Source of the DNA: an uncultured Chlamydiales bacterium
Lineage (GTDB): Bacteria > Chlamydiota > Chlamydiia > Chlamydiales > JAAKFR01
Length of the DNA stretch: 64,000 bases
Direction: 5' to 3'
Assembly (NCBI GenBank): GCA_963699155.1
Contig: OY969414.1
Location: forward strand, 1,739,757-1,803,756
A model generated the notes under the pieces. That model searched no databases, was not told the origin of the DNA, and worked only from the letters and a program-made list of their open reading frames with translations. Made by a program: the position numbers and the translations under genes. The first letter of the stretch is position 1. Every line of letters begins with the position of its first letter. Below are positions 8,345 through 17,319 of this stretch, piece by piece.

Positions 8345-9733
8345 TCACCATACTTTTTTGAAAAAAATGGGCGCCATTTTGGGGCTTTTCAAGACAATGC
8401 CATCTGTCGTGCGCTCGATCCAATCCCCTGCAGGTCCCCGATAAACAACCGGGTTCTCCTTCTCCTTGGTTGGAACCAAGTCTACTATGAGAAGCGATCC
8501 GCCTTCTGCTTGCAGCAGAGAGAAGAGCAAAATGGGTACTCCATTATCATCTCTGGCATCGATTCTGTACCGTAAACCTAATGCAGGGCTTTCATACACG
8601 CCTTCATAGGGCCTGGCTTCACTCATTGAAGCCTTGATTGGAATTGTAGGCGGTGACAACTCTGAGAGCTCGTCCAGCTCGATGCGTACATCTTTGCCCG
8701 CCAGAACCTCTGCGACTTCTTCTGCCGTGCTCAGCACAAGCGGCATATTATTGGTATTTGTCGCTAGGAAAAATGCAAAAGTTTTGCTTGCATCCGTCAT
8801 GTGCTCATAACGCATAAATCGAGTGCAAAAACCGTTGATAGAACCTGTGTGATAAACCACGCGATAATCGTCAATATAGGCCACTTTTAGTCCTCGACAG
8901 TAGACCGATTTACCATATGGCACTGTGACATTCTGCGGTGGCGACATCAAGCTGTCCCATTCACCACTTCCTAAAGATTTGTTCCATTCTGCCATGTCAC
9001 TCGGAGGCCCCACAATACCAAACGCTCCAGAGACATGTCCCTTAAAGGTATCTAGTTGAAAGTTGCTGTTATATCCATCGACTGTTTGCGGGCAATGAGG
9101 ATCTACAGAATAGCGGCATTCCATATGAAGCGGCGAAAAAATTTGATCTCTCACGAAATCTACAAAAGGTTTTCGTGACACCCGTGCAACAATTTCTGCC
9201 AGCAAAATGTAGTTGTCATTGCTGTATATTTGTTGAGTGCCCGGCTCAAATAGCAACTCAGGACAGTGAGCAAACAATTTCAGCCTATCATCCATATTGA
9301 GCATAATATCGTCTTGGCCGGAAAAAGCCGCCCAAATCCCTATCTCCGACAACCCACTCCTCATATGAGCGAGGTCATCAATAGTCACCTTCTGCGGCTG
9401 TGACTCCCACCTAAATTCTGGCAGTTCAGGAAGATATTTGCGGATATCATCCGTCCATTTAATTTTTCCCTGGTCGACTAATTTGGCAATGCATGCAGCT
9501 GTAAACTGCTTCGAGACAGATCCCCAGTGTTGAGGAGCATTAATGTCTAACTTTCCACCATTCAAACATAGAGGTTCCACTCCTGGCTGCATGATCACAA
9601 GATTACATCCCACAGGCGTTGTGCTCGGCATCGACTGGCACGCCCTGTCGATGATAGATTGGACTCTTTGCGTTTGAAGCTGAGGAGTCGGGCTAACCCC
9701 TCCTGAGCGACCTGTAGGAAAAACTTGAGACAT
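8345..9733 (-). CDS. Serine hydrolase, beta-lactamase/AmpC-like family
   Basis: SxxK (GSVSKQF), L.HMRSGL, FEPGT..YSN (YxN) and HTG motifs. No hydrophobic signal peptide. Confidence 0.85.
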   Translation of the reverse strand: MSQVFPTGRSGGVSPTPQLQTQRVQSIIDRACQSMPSTTPVGCNLVIMQPGVEPLCLNGGKLDINAPQHWGSVSKQFTAACIAKLVDQGKIKWTDDIRKYLPELPEFRWESQPQKVTIDDLAHMRSGLSEIGIWAAFSGQDDIMLNMDDRLKLFAHCPELLFEPGTQQIYSNDNYILLAEIVARVSRKPFVDFVRDQIFSPLHMECRYSVDPHCPQTVDGYNSNFQLDTFKGHVSGAFGIVGPPSDMAEWNKSLGSGEWDSLMSPPQNVTVPYGKSVYCRGLKVAYIDDYRVVYHTGSINGFCTRFMRYEHMTDASKTFAFFLATNTNNMPLVLSTAEEVAEVLAGKDVRIELDELSELSPPTIPIKASMSEARPYEGVYESPALGLRYRIDARDDNGVPILLFSLLQAEGGSLLIVDLVPTKEKENPVVYRGPAGDWIERTTDGIVLKSPKMAPIFFKKVW

Positions 9734-9838
9734 AATTCGGATTATTCACCCACCCCATTAAATTACAATTGACTTCAGGTAAAATGGAAGCCTCCCGAGA
9801 CCATTCGGCTTTAGTTGGCTAGATTGCTGATCTGTTTT

Positions 9839-10640
9839 TCAGCTATTTGGCGGGCCTCTCGCTGCGTTAGCATGAAGATCGGGAACCAACCCTACGCCAT
9901 CCCAGTTCTTTTCACCTTTTTTCAACACATAGTCGCCAAAAGAAAGTGCGAGATAGAAGTCCGTGTTGACCTCGAATAGTTTGTTAACGTGAGCGCCGCC
10001 TCCTGTGGTTTCTCCAATGACGATAGCTTTGCGATGCTCCCTCAGATGATAGGTCAAGGCTTCCGCGGCTGAAAAAGTGTCATTGCTGGTCAAGATAAAG
10101 ATAGGCTGGTCGAGCATTCTTTCGCTTGAAGGGAGCTCTTCCTCAGAAAGCGTTTTTACAGGAGCTGTAGGGAAAGTTTGGAGTTCATCTTCAGTGATTG
10201 GGTCTCGGTAGGTATTCTGACCTAAAGTAATGTTTGGGGGGATAAAGTGGCTCGCGATATAGGCCATCGTATGCAGCGCGCCTCCCCCATTCTCTCGCAA
10301 GTCTAGGATAATGGCTTTAGGGTTTGCTGTTCTGATCTGTTCGAGCGCCGGTTTAAAGCCTTGAAGAGACTTCCCAAATTGTGTGAATGCAAAATAGCCA
10401 AAATGGGGGTGCACTTCTATTTTTAATTCATTCTTTTCTTCGGCGGTTTGGATATTTTCTTGGCGATCAACTAAGAAAATATGCCGGTCTTTGCTGATTT
10501 CTCCCAGCAGCGCTGTTACATCATTTACAAATTCGGCCCTGTCGAAACACTTTTCAAACTTCCTAGAGCTAAAATGTCCCTCCAATTCGCGCGCAATGAT
10601 CAACCCTTTTCCTATATCCACATAGTGTCGAGCGATCAAC
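9839..10640 (-). pseudogene. S41 (IRBP/tail-specific-like) peptidase, 3' fragment of an IS21-interrupted gene
   Basis: IILDLRENGGG, TFSAAE (catalytic Ser), IGETTGGGAH, WDGVGLVPD. The ORF begins inside the target-site duplication. Confidence 0.85.
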
Positions 10641-10782
10641 TGATCTGCGACAATTAAATCTCCGCTTCAGCGACAATTAAAATTCCTGTCCGACGACAAT
10701 TATTTTTCCCTTCGGACGACAATTAAAATTCCCTTCGCTGAGACTTAAGAAGATAATCCTTTATCTCGTAAGGAGGTAAAGG

Positions 10783-12255
10783 ATGATTTCTAAAACACAG
10801 TATAGGAGATTGTGTAAAATGATTAATGAGGGAAATAATCTTAAAGATTCAGCTGCCAAAGCTGGCATAGATCCTAAGACAGCAAGAACTTACTTAAAGA
10901 ATGATAACCCGCTGTTGCCAACAGATCATAATTGGAAAACAAGAACGGATCCGTTCGATTGCGTTAATTCCGAAATTGAAAGCATGCTAGAGCTTCAACC
11001 ACGACTCGAAGCAAAGACAATTTTTGAGTATTTAGTAGAGAAATATCCGGGCAAATTTCAAGAAGGGCAATTGCGGACCTTGCAAAGAAAGGTCAAGAAA
11101 TGGAAAGGACTCCAAGGACCACCTAAGGAGGTATTCTTTGCACAAATCCATAAGCCTGGGGATCTTTGCTCTTCAGATTTTACACATATGGAAAATCTTA
11201 AGATTACAATCCAAAGGAGCCCATTTCCTCATCTTGTTTATCACTTTGTTTTTACCTACTCGAATTGGGAGAGTGTAACTATTTGTTTTTCCGAGAATTT
11301 TGAAAGTCTAAGTGAGGGGTTTCAAAATGCAGTCTGGCAAGCAGGGGGCTCTGCCTTACGACATCGCACAGATCGTTTGACGGCAGCAATGTCAAATTTC
11401 TCGAATAATCCTAAATTTGGTGCACGGTACCAGGCTCTTTTGGATCACTATGGTATTACAGGGACAAAAATACAAGCTGGTTGCCCGAATGAGAATGGCG
11501 ATGTTGAACAGGCTCACCATAGGCTTAAGAGGGCTGTTGAGCAGGCACTAATGTTACGTGGTAGTCATGATTTTGAAACCGTTGAGGAATATCGTGGTTT
11601 TCTGAGAGATCTGGTGATAAAGCGTAATGCGGCAAGAAGTGTTCGTTTTAAAGAAGAACAAGAAAAGCTCAAAGAATTGCCTCCAGGAAGACTCCAAGAT
11701 GCCACTGTTCATAGATTAACTGTAGGTAGAGGAAGTACAATCCGTTTAAAAGATAACACTTATTCTGTACCGAGTCGTTTGATTAACGAAGAGGTAGAGA
11801 TACATCTTTTAGGAAGTATTGTAGAGATCTGGTACCAAGGTCAAAAAGTGGAGGAGTTTCCGCGCATGGTTGGGGCCCACAAGGCCCAGATTGATTATCG
11901 TCATATAATAGATTGGTTGATAAAGAAGCCTGGAGCATTTGAGAATTATCGCTATAAGGAAGAGTTATACCCTACAAGTACTTTTAGGGCAGCCTACGAT
12001 GCTTTAAAAATTGGATCGCCTCAACGCTATGTGAAGGATTATCTAGGTATTTTGAAAGCAGCTGCACAAGATGGTGAGAGACGTGTAGGAGGGGTTTTGA
12101 AAAGTCTGCTTGTTAAAGATCAAATGATAACTCTTGAAAGCGTTTTACAGATACTTCGAAAACCAGAAAAAATATTTTCTTTAATGGATGTAGCTGTCTC
12201 TACAGTGGATTTATGTGTTTATGATTTAGCTTTGTTAAAGGAGTCACAATCATGA
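10783..12255 (+). CDS. istA: IS21 transposase
   Basis: N-terminal HTH (AAKAGIDPKTARTYL), WKTRTDPF, DDE residues in SDFT / RTD / ENGDVE, and YSVPSRLI. Confidence 0.93.
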   Translation: MISKTQYRRLCKMINEGNNLKDSAAKAGIDPKTARTYLKNDNPLLPTDHNWKTRTDPFDCVNSEIESMLELQPRLEAKTIFEYLVEKYPGKFQEGQLRTLQRKVKKWKGLQGPPKEVFFAQIHKPGDLCSSDFTHMENLKITIQRSPFPHLVYHFVFTYSNWESVTICFSENFESLSEGFQNAVWQAGGSALRHRTDRLTAAMSNFSNNPKFGARYQALLDHYGITGTKIQAGCPNENGDVEQAHHRLKRAVEQALMLRGSHDFETVEEYRGFLRDLVIKRNAARSVRFKEEQEKLKELPPGRLQDATVHRLTVGRGSTIRLKDNTYSVPSRLINEEVEIHLLGSIVEIWYQGQKVEEFPRMVGAHKAQIDYRHIIDWLIKKPGAFENYRYKEELYPTSTFRAAYDALKIGSPQRYVKDYLGILKAAAQDGERRVGGVLKSLLVKDQMITLESVLQILRKPEKIFSLMDVAVSTVDLCVYDLALLKESQS

Positions 12256-13004
12256 ATACAATAGAGCAGGTTTCAGAAGGTTTAAAAAGGCTGTTACTTC
12301 CAAAAATGAGTAAAAGCTTTTTTGAGTATGCTGAGAAGGCAAGAAAAGAAGAATGGGGCTATGAAGAGTACTTGTTGGAGCTTGTAAGGCAAGAGGTTGA
12401 ATCCAGAGAGAATAAACGCATCGAGAGATGGTTGAAAGAGTCAAATCTGCCCATTTCTAAATCGCTTGCAAATTTTGATTTGAGCAGATTACCGAAGGGA
12501 GCTCAGCATCAGTTCAATGCCTTACGTGATGGCAAATTTCTAGAAAGAAAAGAGAATTTGTTATTATTTGGGACACCTGGTGCTGGGAAAACGCACTTGA
12601 TGTGTGGTTTGGCCCAGGAGATGATAGGTAAGGGGTACAAGGCGTGCTTCAGTTCGTGTTCAGCACTGTTACAAGATTTGCTTATTGCGAAACAGGAACT
12701 GAAGCTGAACAGATTGATGAAAAAGCTGACAAGCTACGATCTGCTTGTTATTGATGAGATTGGCTATGTGCAGCAGGAAAAGGAAGAGATGGAAGTGCTC
12801 TTTACCCTGTTTACATGGTGCTATGAAAGCACAAGTATTTTGCTGACCAGTAATTTGCCCTTTTCGAAATGGGAAGGGATTTTTAAAGATGCTATGATGG
12901 CTGCGGCGGCTATAGATCGTCTAGTGCATCACAGTGTAATACTTGAGTTAAACTTAACAAGTTACCGACTCGAGAAATCGAAAGCGAGGAAAGAAGAAAA
13001 ATAA
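12252..13004 (+). CDS. istB: IS21 helper AAA+ ATPase
   Basis: Walker A GTPGAGKT, Walker B LLVIDEIGY, TSNLPFSKW, AAIDRLVHH. ATGA overlap with istA. Confidence 0.95.
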   Translation: MNTIEQVSEGLKRLLLPKMSKSFFEYAEKARKEEWGYEEYLLELVRQEVESRENKRIERWLKESNLPISKSLANFDLSRLPKGAQHQFNALRDGKFLERKENLLLFGTPGAGKTHLMCGLAQEMIGKGYKACFSSCSALLQDLLIAKQELKLNRLMKKLTSYDLLVIDEIGYVQQEKEEMEVLFTLFTWCYESTSILLTSNLPFSKWEGIFKDAMMAAAAIDRLVHHSVILELNLTSYRLEKSKARKEEK

Positions 13005-13307
13005 GTGGTTTGCAAAGGAGCAAGCTCCTTTGCCGGGGTTTGGGGCAGAGCCCCATGAAAGATTGGGGGGCTGGGGGATTTATCCCCCAGAGAGAGAAAG
13101 TGCTTATGATGGGAGAAGAAAGTATTTTTCAACATAAGGAGTGGAAGAGGCGTCGTTTAACTTTTCCCTCAAGAGCAAAAAAAATGACCGTTATGAAGAT
13201 GGAACTGCAGTGAAGGGAAAAATAATTGTCGTTAAGGAGGAATTTTAATTGTCGTTACGCTAAGGATTAAAATTGTCGTTGAAGGGAAAAATAGTTGTCG
13301 TTAATCA

Positions 13308-13417
13308 ATCAACTGTGGGATATGGATCACGGATGACTTTAAATCGAACGGCCTTGCTCCAGAAGCCCCCAGGTATAGCAATGTGGAGGGTTTTGAAGAA
13401 AGAGGAGAAAGAGCCAT
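13308..13417 (-). pseudogene. 5' fragment of the IS21-interrupted S41 peptidase gene
   Basis: ATG 13417 gives MALSPLSSKPSTLLYLGASGARPFDLKSSVIHIPQL. This joins in frame to IARHYVD... when the IS and one TSD copy are removed. Confidence 0.8.
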
Positions 13418-13479
13418 AATTAAAAAGTTTATAACATATTTGGACTAAAATGTAAAAAAGATTTATATAAGCCTATTCT

Positions 13480-14001
13480 TCATAGAGGAGATAGATCTTT
13501 TTTTAGCCATAAAATCAATTCGTCATCGAGAGGATAGCTTTCGCCAGGAACCGTGGGCTGATACTTATAGGTGACGCCATGGCCATCGGGTGAATATCCC
13601 AAATGGAAGTAGAGCTTTTGTGCCGAACCATAATCAGCATAAAGCCCAACACCGATTCCGATTTGTTTGTATCCTTTTGCTATTGCGATTTCTTCAAGCC
13701 AGCCGATTAATTTGCTGCCAAAGCCTTTTCCTCGAAATTCTTCATAGATCCACAAGTCATTAATTTCAGGAAAATCATGAAAGTGAGGATATTTTGATGT
13801 GAGCAAAAGACTTCCATAACCAAGTATGTTTTCCCCTAGCTCCGCAATTCCAACTGTCCTGATGCCCTCTTGTTGATCTCTGTAATAGTGTTGCCACCTC
13901 TCTTTGGTTTCTTGGATTGTTGACCAGGGCGGACAGCGGTTGACAGTTATGAAGTCAATATCATTTTCGCGCATAGGACGAATGATAATTTTATCAGACA
14001 T
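13480..14001 (-). CDS. GNAT-family N-acetyltransferase
   Basis: IIIRPM, EINDLWIYEEFRGKGFGSKLI (acetyl-CoA motif A), GVGLYADYGSAQKLY..LGY.PDG. Confidence 0.9.
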   Translation of the reverse strand: MSDKIIIRPMRENDIDFITVNRCPPWSTIQETKERWQHYYRDQQEGIRTVGIAELGENILGYGSLLLTSKYPHFHDFPEINDLWIYEEFRGKGFGSKLIGWLEEIAIAKGYKQIGIGVGLYADYGSAQKLYFHLGYSPDGHGVTYKYQPTVPGESYPLDDELILWLKKDLSPL

Positions 14002-14029
14002 CAACTGTTTTTGCCTCTCATAGTATTTT

Positions 14030-14707
14030 TCAACAGCCTCTTCTTGAGAATTGGGAATAATTCGTTGTTCGTTTACTTAGCGAGGAGATCCATTCTTCTC
14101 GAAGTTGCCAGATTTCATCGAAGCTAAATCGTTGATCTAAATTTTCTCGATAAAACCATTTTCTCAAATAGTTTTGGTGAATTTTGACTTTGTAATCGCC
14201 AATCTCCTCGGGCAGAATAGTATGAGCTTCCAGAATCTCTGCTTTCAACGTAGCGCTTTGATCAGGAAAAGTCACGTCGATCTGAAGCTCGTTGGTTTGA
14301 AGGTAACAGTGGGCCTCGGGAAAAAAAGAAATCCCAAGCCGATCAAGTAGCGGCGCTACTTTTGGCTCCAGGTAGGTGTCTAGCTTACAAATCGCAACTT
14401 TCAGTCGGACCGGAAAGCCATTTTCTTTTGCAAGAGCTGCTAATGCAGCATGTTTAGTACTACAACTCCCCTTAAGTTCTGAAAAAATCAGCCTGTAGTT
14501 GGCTCGGTCAGAATTACGCCCATAAGGGAGAGCATGGACCCATTTTATTGCCTGATCATACCTTTCAACCCCAACTCTCCGAAAACATTTCGAAATCTGT
14601 TCTTCAGAGTTCAGATTCCAGCACATACAGCCATATTGTTTCATATGATAGAGCGAATTATCTGCCTTGAGTTCATTTAATTCTCCTGAAAATTGCCCTT
14701 TTCGCAT
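14030..14707 (-). CDS. Hypothetical protein, transglutaminase-like Cys-His-Asp family
   Basis: LPYGRNSDR, GSCSTKHA, PEAHCYL, IDVT. Start uncertain; ATG 14707 is preceded by GAGGA. Confidence 0.6.
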   Translation of the reverse strand: MRKGQFSGELNELKADNSLYHMKQYGCMCWNLNSEEQISKCFRRVGVERYDQAIKWVHALPYGRNSDRANYRLIFSELKGSCSTKHAALAALAKENGFPVRLKVAICKLDTYLEPKVAPLLDRLGISFFPEAHCYLQTNELQIDVTFPDQSATLKAEILEAHTILPEEIGDYKVKIHQNYLRKWFYRENLDQRFSFDEIWQLREEWISSLSKRTTNYSQFSRRGC

Positions 14708-14737
14708 ACCATCCTCACAAATATTTGGAGGCTTGGG

Positions 14738-15154
14738 GTGGCTTTTGATCATGTTGCACTGGGCTTGAAAGAAAAGAGAATGGTTGTCTATACGGCTATG
14801 TCGAAGCATTATTTTTACTATCGAATGCATATTTCAAAATTCGTTCTTGAAAAGAAGATGGTGCCCTTAAATCCCTTCATGCTTTTCGATTATTTTCTGC
14901 TCGACTCGGTTGAGAGAGACTTGATACGAGAAGCGAATAACTCCTTGGTTCTTCGTGCAGATGAATTATGGACATTTGGACCCATTTCAAACGGTGTACT
15001 TGCAGAAATTTTACTAGCTCAAGAAGCAGATAAGCCGATCCATTATTTCAAAATCATTAAACCTCATAAAGTCATTCCTGCGAATAGGATTGAAATGGAA
15101 GAAGAGGTGGAACAATTCAGACATCTTTTAGCTCCTGTAGAGATCCAAAATTGA
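14738..15154 (+). CDS. Hypothetical protein, nucleoside 2-deoxyribosyltransferase-like fold
   Basis: VVYTA, VPLNPF, RADELWTFGPISNGVLAEI..A....KPI is the NDT/DUF4406-like pattern. GTG 14738 follows GGAGG (alternative ATG 14780). Confidence 0.55.
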   Translation: MAFDHVALGLKEKRMVVYTAMSKHYFYYRMHISKFVLEKKMVPLNPFMLFDYFLLDSVERDLIREANNSLVLRADELWTFGPISNGVLAEILLAQEADKPIHYFKIIKPHKVIPANRIEMEEEVEQFRHLLAPVEIQN

Positions 15155-15167
15155 GACGCATCAAGGC

Positions 15168-16004
15168 ATGCCAAAAAAGTTAAATACAGAACTTGCTGCA
15201 AATGTGAAGAAACAAATTCATAAGTGCATCAATTTAGCTAAGGAAGTTTTTGGACAAGATCTGCTTGGAATATACTTATACGGATCATCAATATTAGGGG
15301 GGCTTCAAAAATATAGTGACATTGACTTATTCGTTGTTTCCAATAGAGCCTCAACACGTAAGGAAAAAGCTAAGCTAGCGGCAGCCTTGCTTAAAATTTC
15401 CGGCATTTACATGAGAAGCAAAAAATTACCTATCGAAATGACAATAGTTGTGAAATCTGAAATTAACCCTTGGCACTATCCCCCTAGATTTGATTTTCAA
15501 TATGGTGAGTGGTTACGAAAACAATTTAAACACGGAAATATAGAGCCCTGGCCCACTAAAGAAATGGCTGATCTTGCATTACTCATCACTCAAATTTTAT
15601 TAATCAGTAATACATTAATGGGTGTCGATCCTGATCAATTACTTAGCAAGGTTCCTTATAAAGATTTTAAGATCGCTCTTATAGCTACTTTACCCAATTT
15701 AATGTCGGAGCTTGATAGCGATGTGCGCAATGTTTTATTAACGTTAGCTCGAATCTGGACCACTGCTGCAACAGACGCGATCTGTTCCAAACCAGCAGCG
15801 GCAGATTGGGTTATTCAGCACCTGCCAGAAAAATATCGCCCAGTGATGGAGAGGGCAAAGGCAATTTGCCAAGGGGAAGAAAAAGAAGCTTGGGATGATA
15901 TAGAGGAACTTATAAAACCCTGTGCGGATTTTATGTTGAGCGCTGCAAAGAATAAAATTAATGAAAGTTTGTTATTGGATGATCCGAATAGGTCTATTAA
16001 ATGA
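15168..16004 (+). CDS. Aminoglycoside nucleotidyltransferase, ANT(9)/ANT(3'')-like
   Basis: GIYLYGSS..GGLQKYSDIDLFVV (NTase motif), PIEMTIV, PWHYPPRFDFQYGEWLR, DVRNVLLTLARIW.T, SKPAAADW. Confidence 0.88.
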   Translation: MPKKLNTELAANVKKQIHKCINLAKEVFGQDLLGIYLYGSSILGGLQKYSDIDLFVVSNRASTRKEKAKLAAALLKISGIYMRSKKLPIEMTIVVKSEINPWHYPPRFDFQYGEWLRKQFKHGNIEPWPTKEMADLALLITQILLISNTLMGVDPDQLLSKVPYKDFKIALIATLPNLMSELDSDVRNVLLTLARIWTTAATDAICSKPAAADWVIQHLPEKYRPVMERAKAICQGEEKEAWDDIEELIKPCADFMLSAAKNKINESLLLDDPNRSIK

Positions 16005-17319
16005 TTCGTTTGTCCCAGGGGCCGTAGTGTTCTTTGATTTTGCCGCGGGGGAGGGAGAGGAGGATCACGAGGATGGCGACGATGGTGCTGTGGAGCATGA
16101 TGGCTGGGGAGCTGGGGATGATGTAGGAGGCGAGGGCGAGCCAGAGGGCGAGGAGGATGTTGAGGAAGCGGAGGGCGCGGGTCACTTCGGCCCAAGCGAT
16201 AATGGAAAAGACGACGATCAGGGCACCGCAGACATCGGAGTTATGGGCGAGAAAGCCGGAGTAGCCCATCAGCTTGTCGGCAAAGAGAAGCCAGACACCG
16301 AGAAGGGCTGTGAGGAGAAGATTCCATCGTATGGTAACTCCCCAAAACATCGATTTGACATTGGTCCAGAAGCTATTGTGGAAGGAGGGAGTTCTGGGAT
16401 CGATGCTGTCCTGATCATACTCTGAGCCCTTGAAGAAGATGCGCCAGAAAGGCTTTTTTTCGCGGCGCACTTTGATTAGGTATTGGCAGACTGCCAATAC
16501 TTCGTCAACAGTGAGCGCCAACATGATCAGCATGCAGGCTGCGATGATGAGACAGAGGCCGCACCAAGCACCGACTGCTATGGGTTGCATCATCACGAGG
16601 AGAATACTGATGAAGCCGAGAGGGACAACGAGCAGGCCGAAGATCACGACGATCCAGGGCATCGTATGCCACCGTCTGACTCCACCTTTCGCACCCATGA
16701 TCGCCTCCAAAGAGTAGGCCAACGCCCCGAGACCTGCGTCTGGGACAGGAAATCTCTGGGAGATCATCGAGGTGATCACCTTTTCGGTGCCGTGACCGAA
16801 GAAAGGGTCCCAGACGGTGGAGATATAGTGGAGTTGGAAGGAGGCGAGATAGCGGGCAACAAACCAGCCGACCACTGCAAAGAAGATGACTGGGATCCGC
16901 TGCTGCCAGGAGGAGGGATTGTAGGTCCATCCTGGAGGGATGCGGGGGCCGATTTCGAATTCGGTTGGTCTCAAAGGAACAAGCACGCAGAAGGCGATGG
17001 CTAAGACACCGATGAGAGTGTCGTTGTCGTAGACCACAGGCTCCCGCGCCCAAAAAAGAAGGGGAGCAAACTGGAGCCAAATACCCACAACGCATCCTCC
17101 CCAAATCCAGCCTCTCCAGCTGCGCTTCATCGAAATGAGACCGAAGAGGACGAGTAAGAGACCCGAGATCCAGTCGCTATAGCGGGAAGGAAGGTGATTG
17201 TATCCGAAGGTCTCGGGACTTGCGAGAAGCCAAAGTCCCAGAAAAATGGTCCCAAAACGGGTCCAAATCATCTTTTCATGGAACTGCTTCTCTATTTTCT
17301 CACGAGATTCGGAACTCAT
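15997..17319 (-). CDS. Vitamin K epoxide reductase (VKOR)-family membrane protein with SPW repeats
   Basis: Multi-TM protein. LGLWLLASP / IWLQFAP SPW-like repeats, PPGWTYNPSSW.QR, VWDPFFG, PVPDAGLGA, and CxxC (AWCGLCL). Confidence 0.85.
   Translation of the reverse strand: MSSESREKIEKQFHEKMIWTRFGTIFLGLWLLASPETFGYNHLPSRYSDWISGLLLVLFGLISMKRSWRGWIWGGCVVGIWLQFAPLLFWAREPVVYDNDTLIGVLAIAFCVLVPLRPTEFEIGPRIPPGWTYNPSSWQQRIPVIFFAVVGWFVARYLASFQLHYISTVWDPFFGHGTEKVITSMISQRFPVPDAGLGALAYSLEAIMGAKGGVRRWHTMPWIVVIFGLLVVPLGFISILLVMMQPIAVGAWCGLCLIIAACMLIMLALTVDEVLAVCQYLIKVRREKKPFWRIFFKGSEYDQDSIDPRTPSFHNSFWTNVKSMFWGVTIRWNLLLTALLGVWLLFADKLMGYSGFLAHNSDVCGALIVVFSIIAWAEVTRALRFLNILLALWLALASYIIPSSPAIMLHSTIVAILVILLSLPRGKIKEHYGPWDKRII

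Larger units (their letters stand above)
10641..13307 (+). mobile_element. IS21-family insertion sequence, complete (2667 bp)
   Basis: Ends TGATCTGCGACAAT... and ...TTGTCGTTAATCA (TG...CA). Four CGACAA(T/C)T-core repeats lie inside each end. The direct repeat ATCAAC at 10635-10640 and 13308-13313 flanks the element, which carries istA and istB. Confidence 0.95.

Noticed and set aside
10641..10740. Regularly spaced CGACAATT repeats (also inverted at ~13215-13307) as a possible CRISPR or iteron array
   Set aside because: The units are short, mirror-imaged at the two IS ends and lack unique spacers of CRISPR size. They are the multiple terminal repeats typical of IS21.
13010..13213. 67-aa ORF in the IS right arm
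   Set aside because: TTG start, crosses GC hairpins and has no recognisable motif. Probably non-coding.
15815..17104. Acidic or Pro/His-rich ORFs (15815-16195, 15961-16425, 16483-17004, 16505-17104)
   Set aside because: Compositional shadows of the hydrophobic VKOR gene on other frames or strands.
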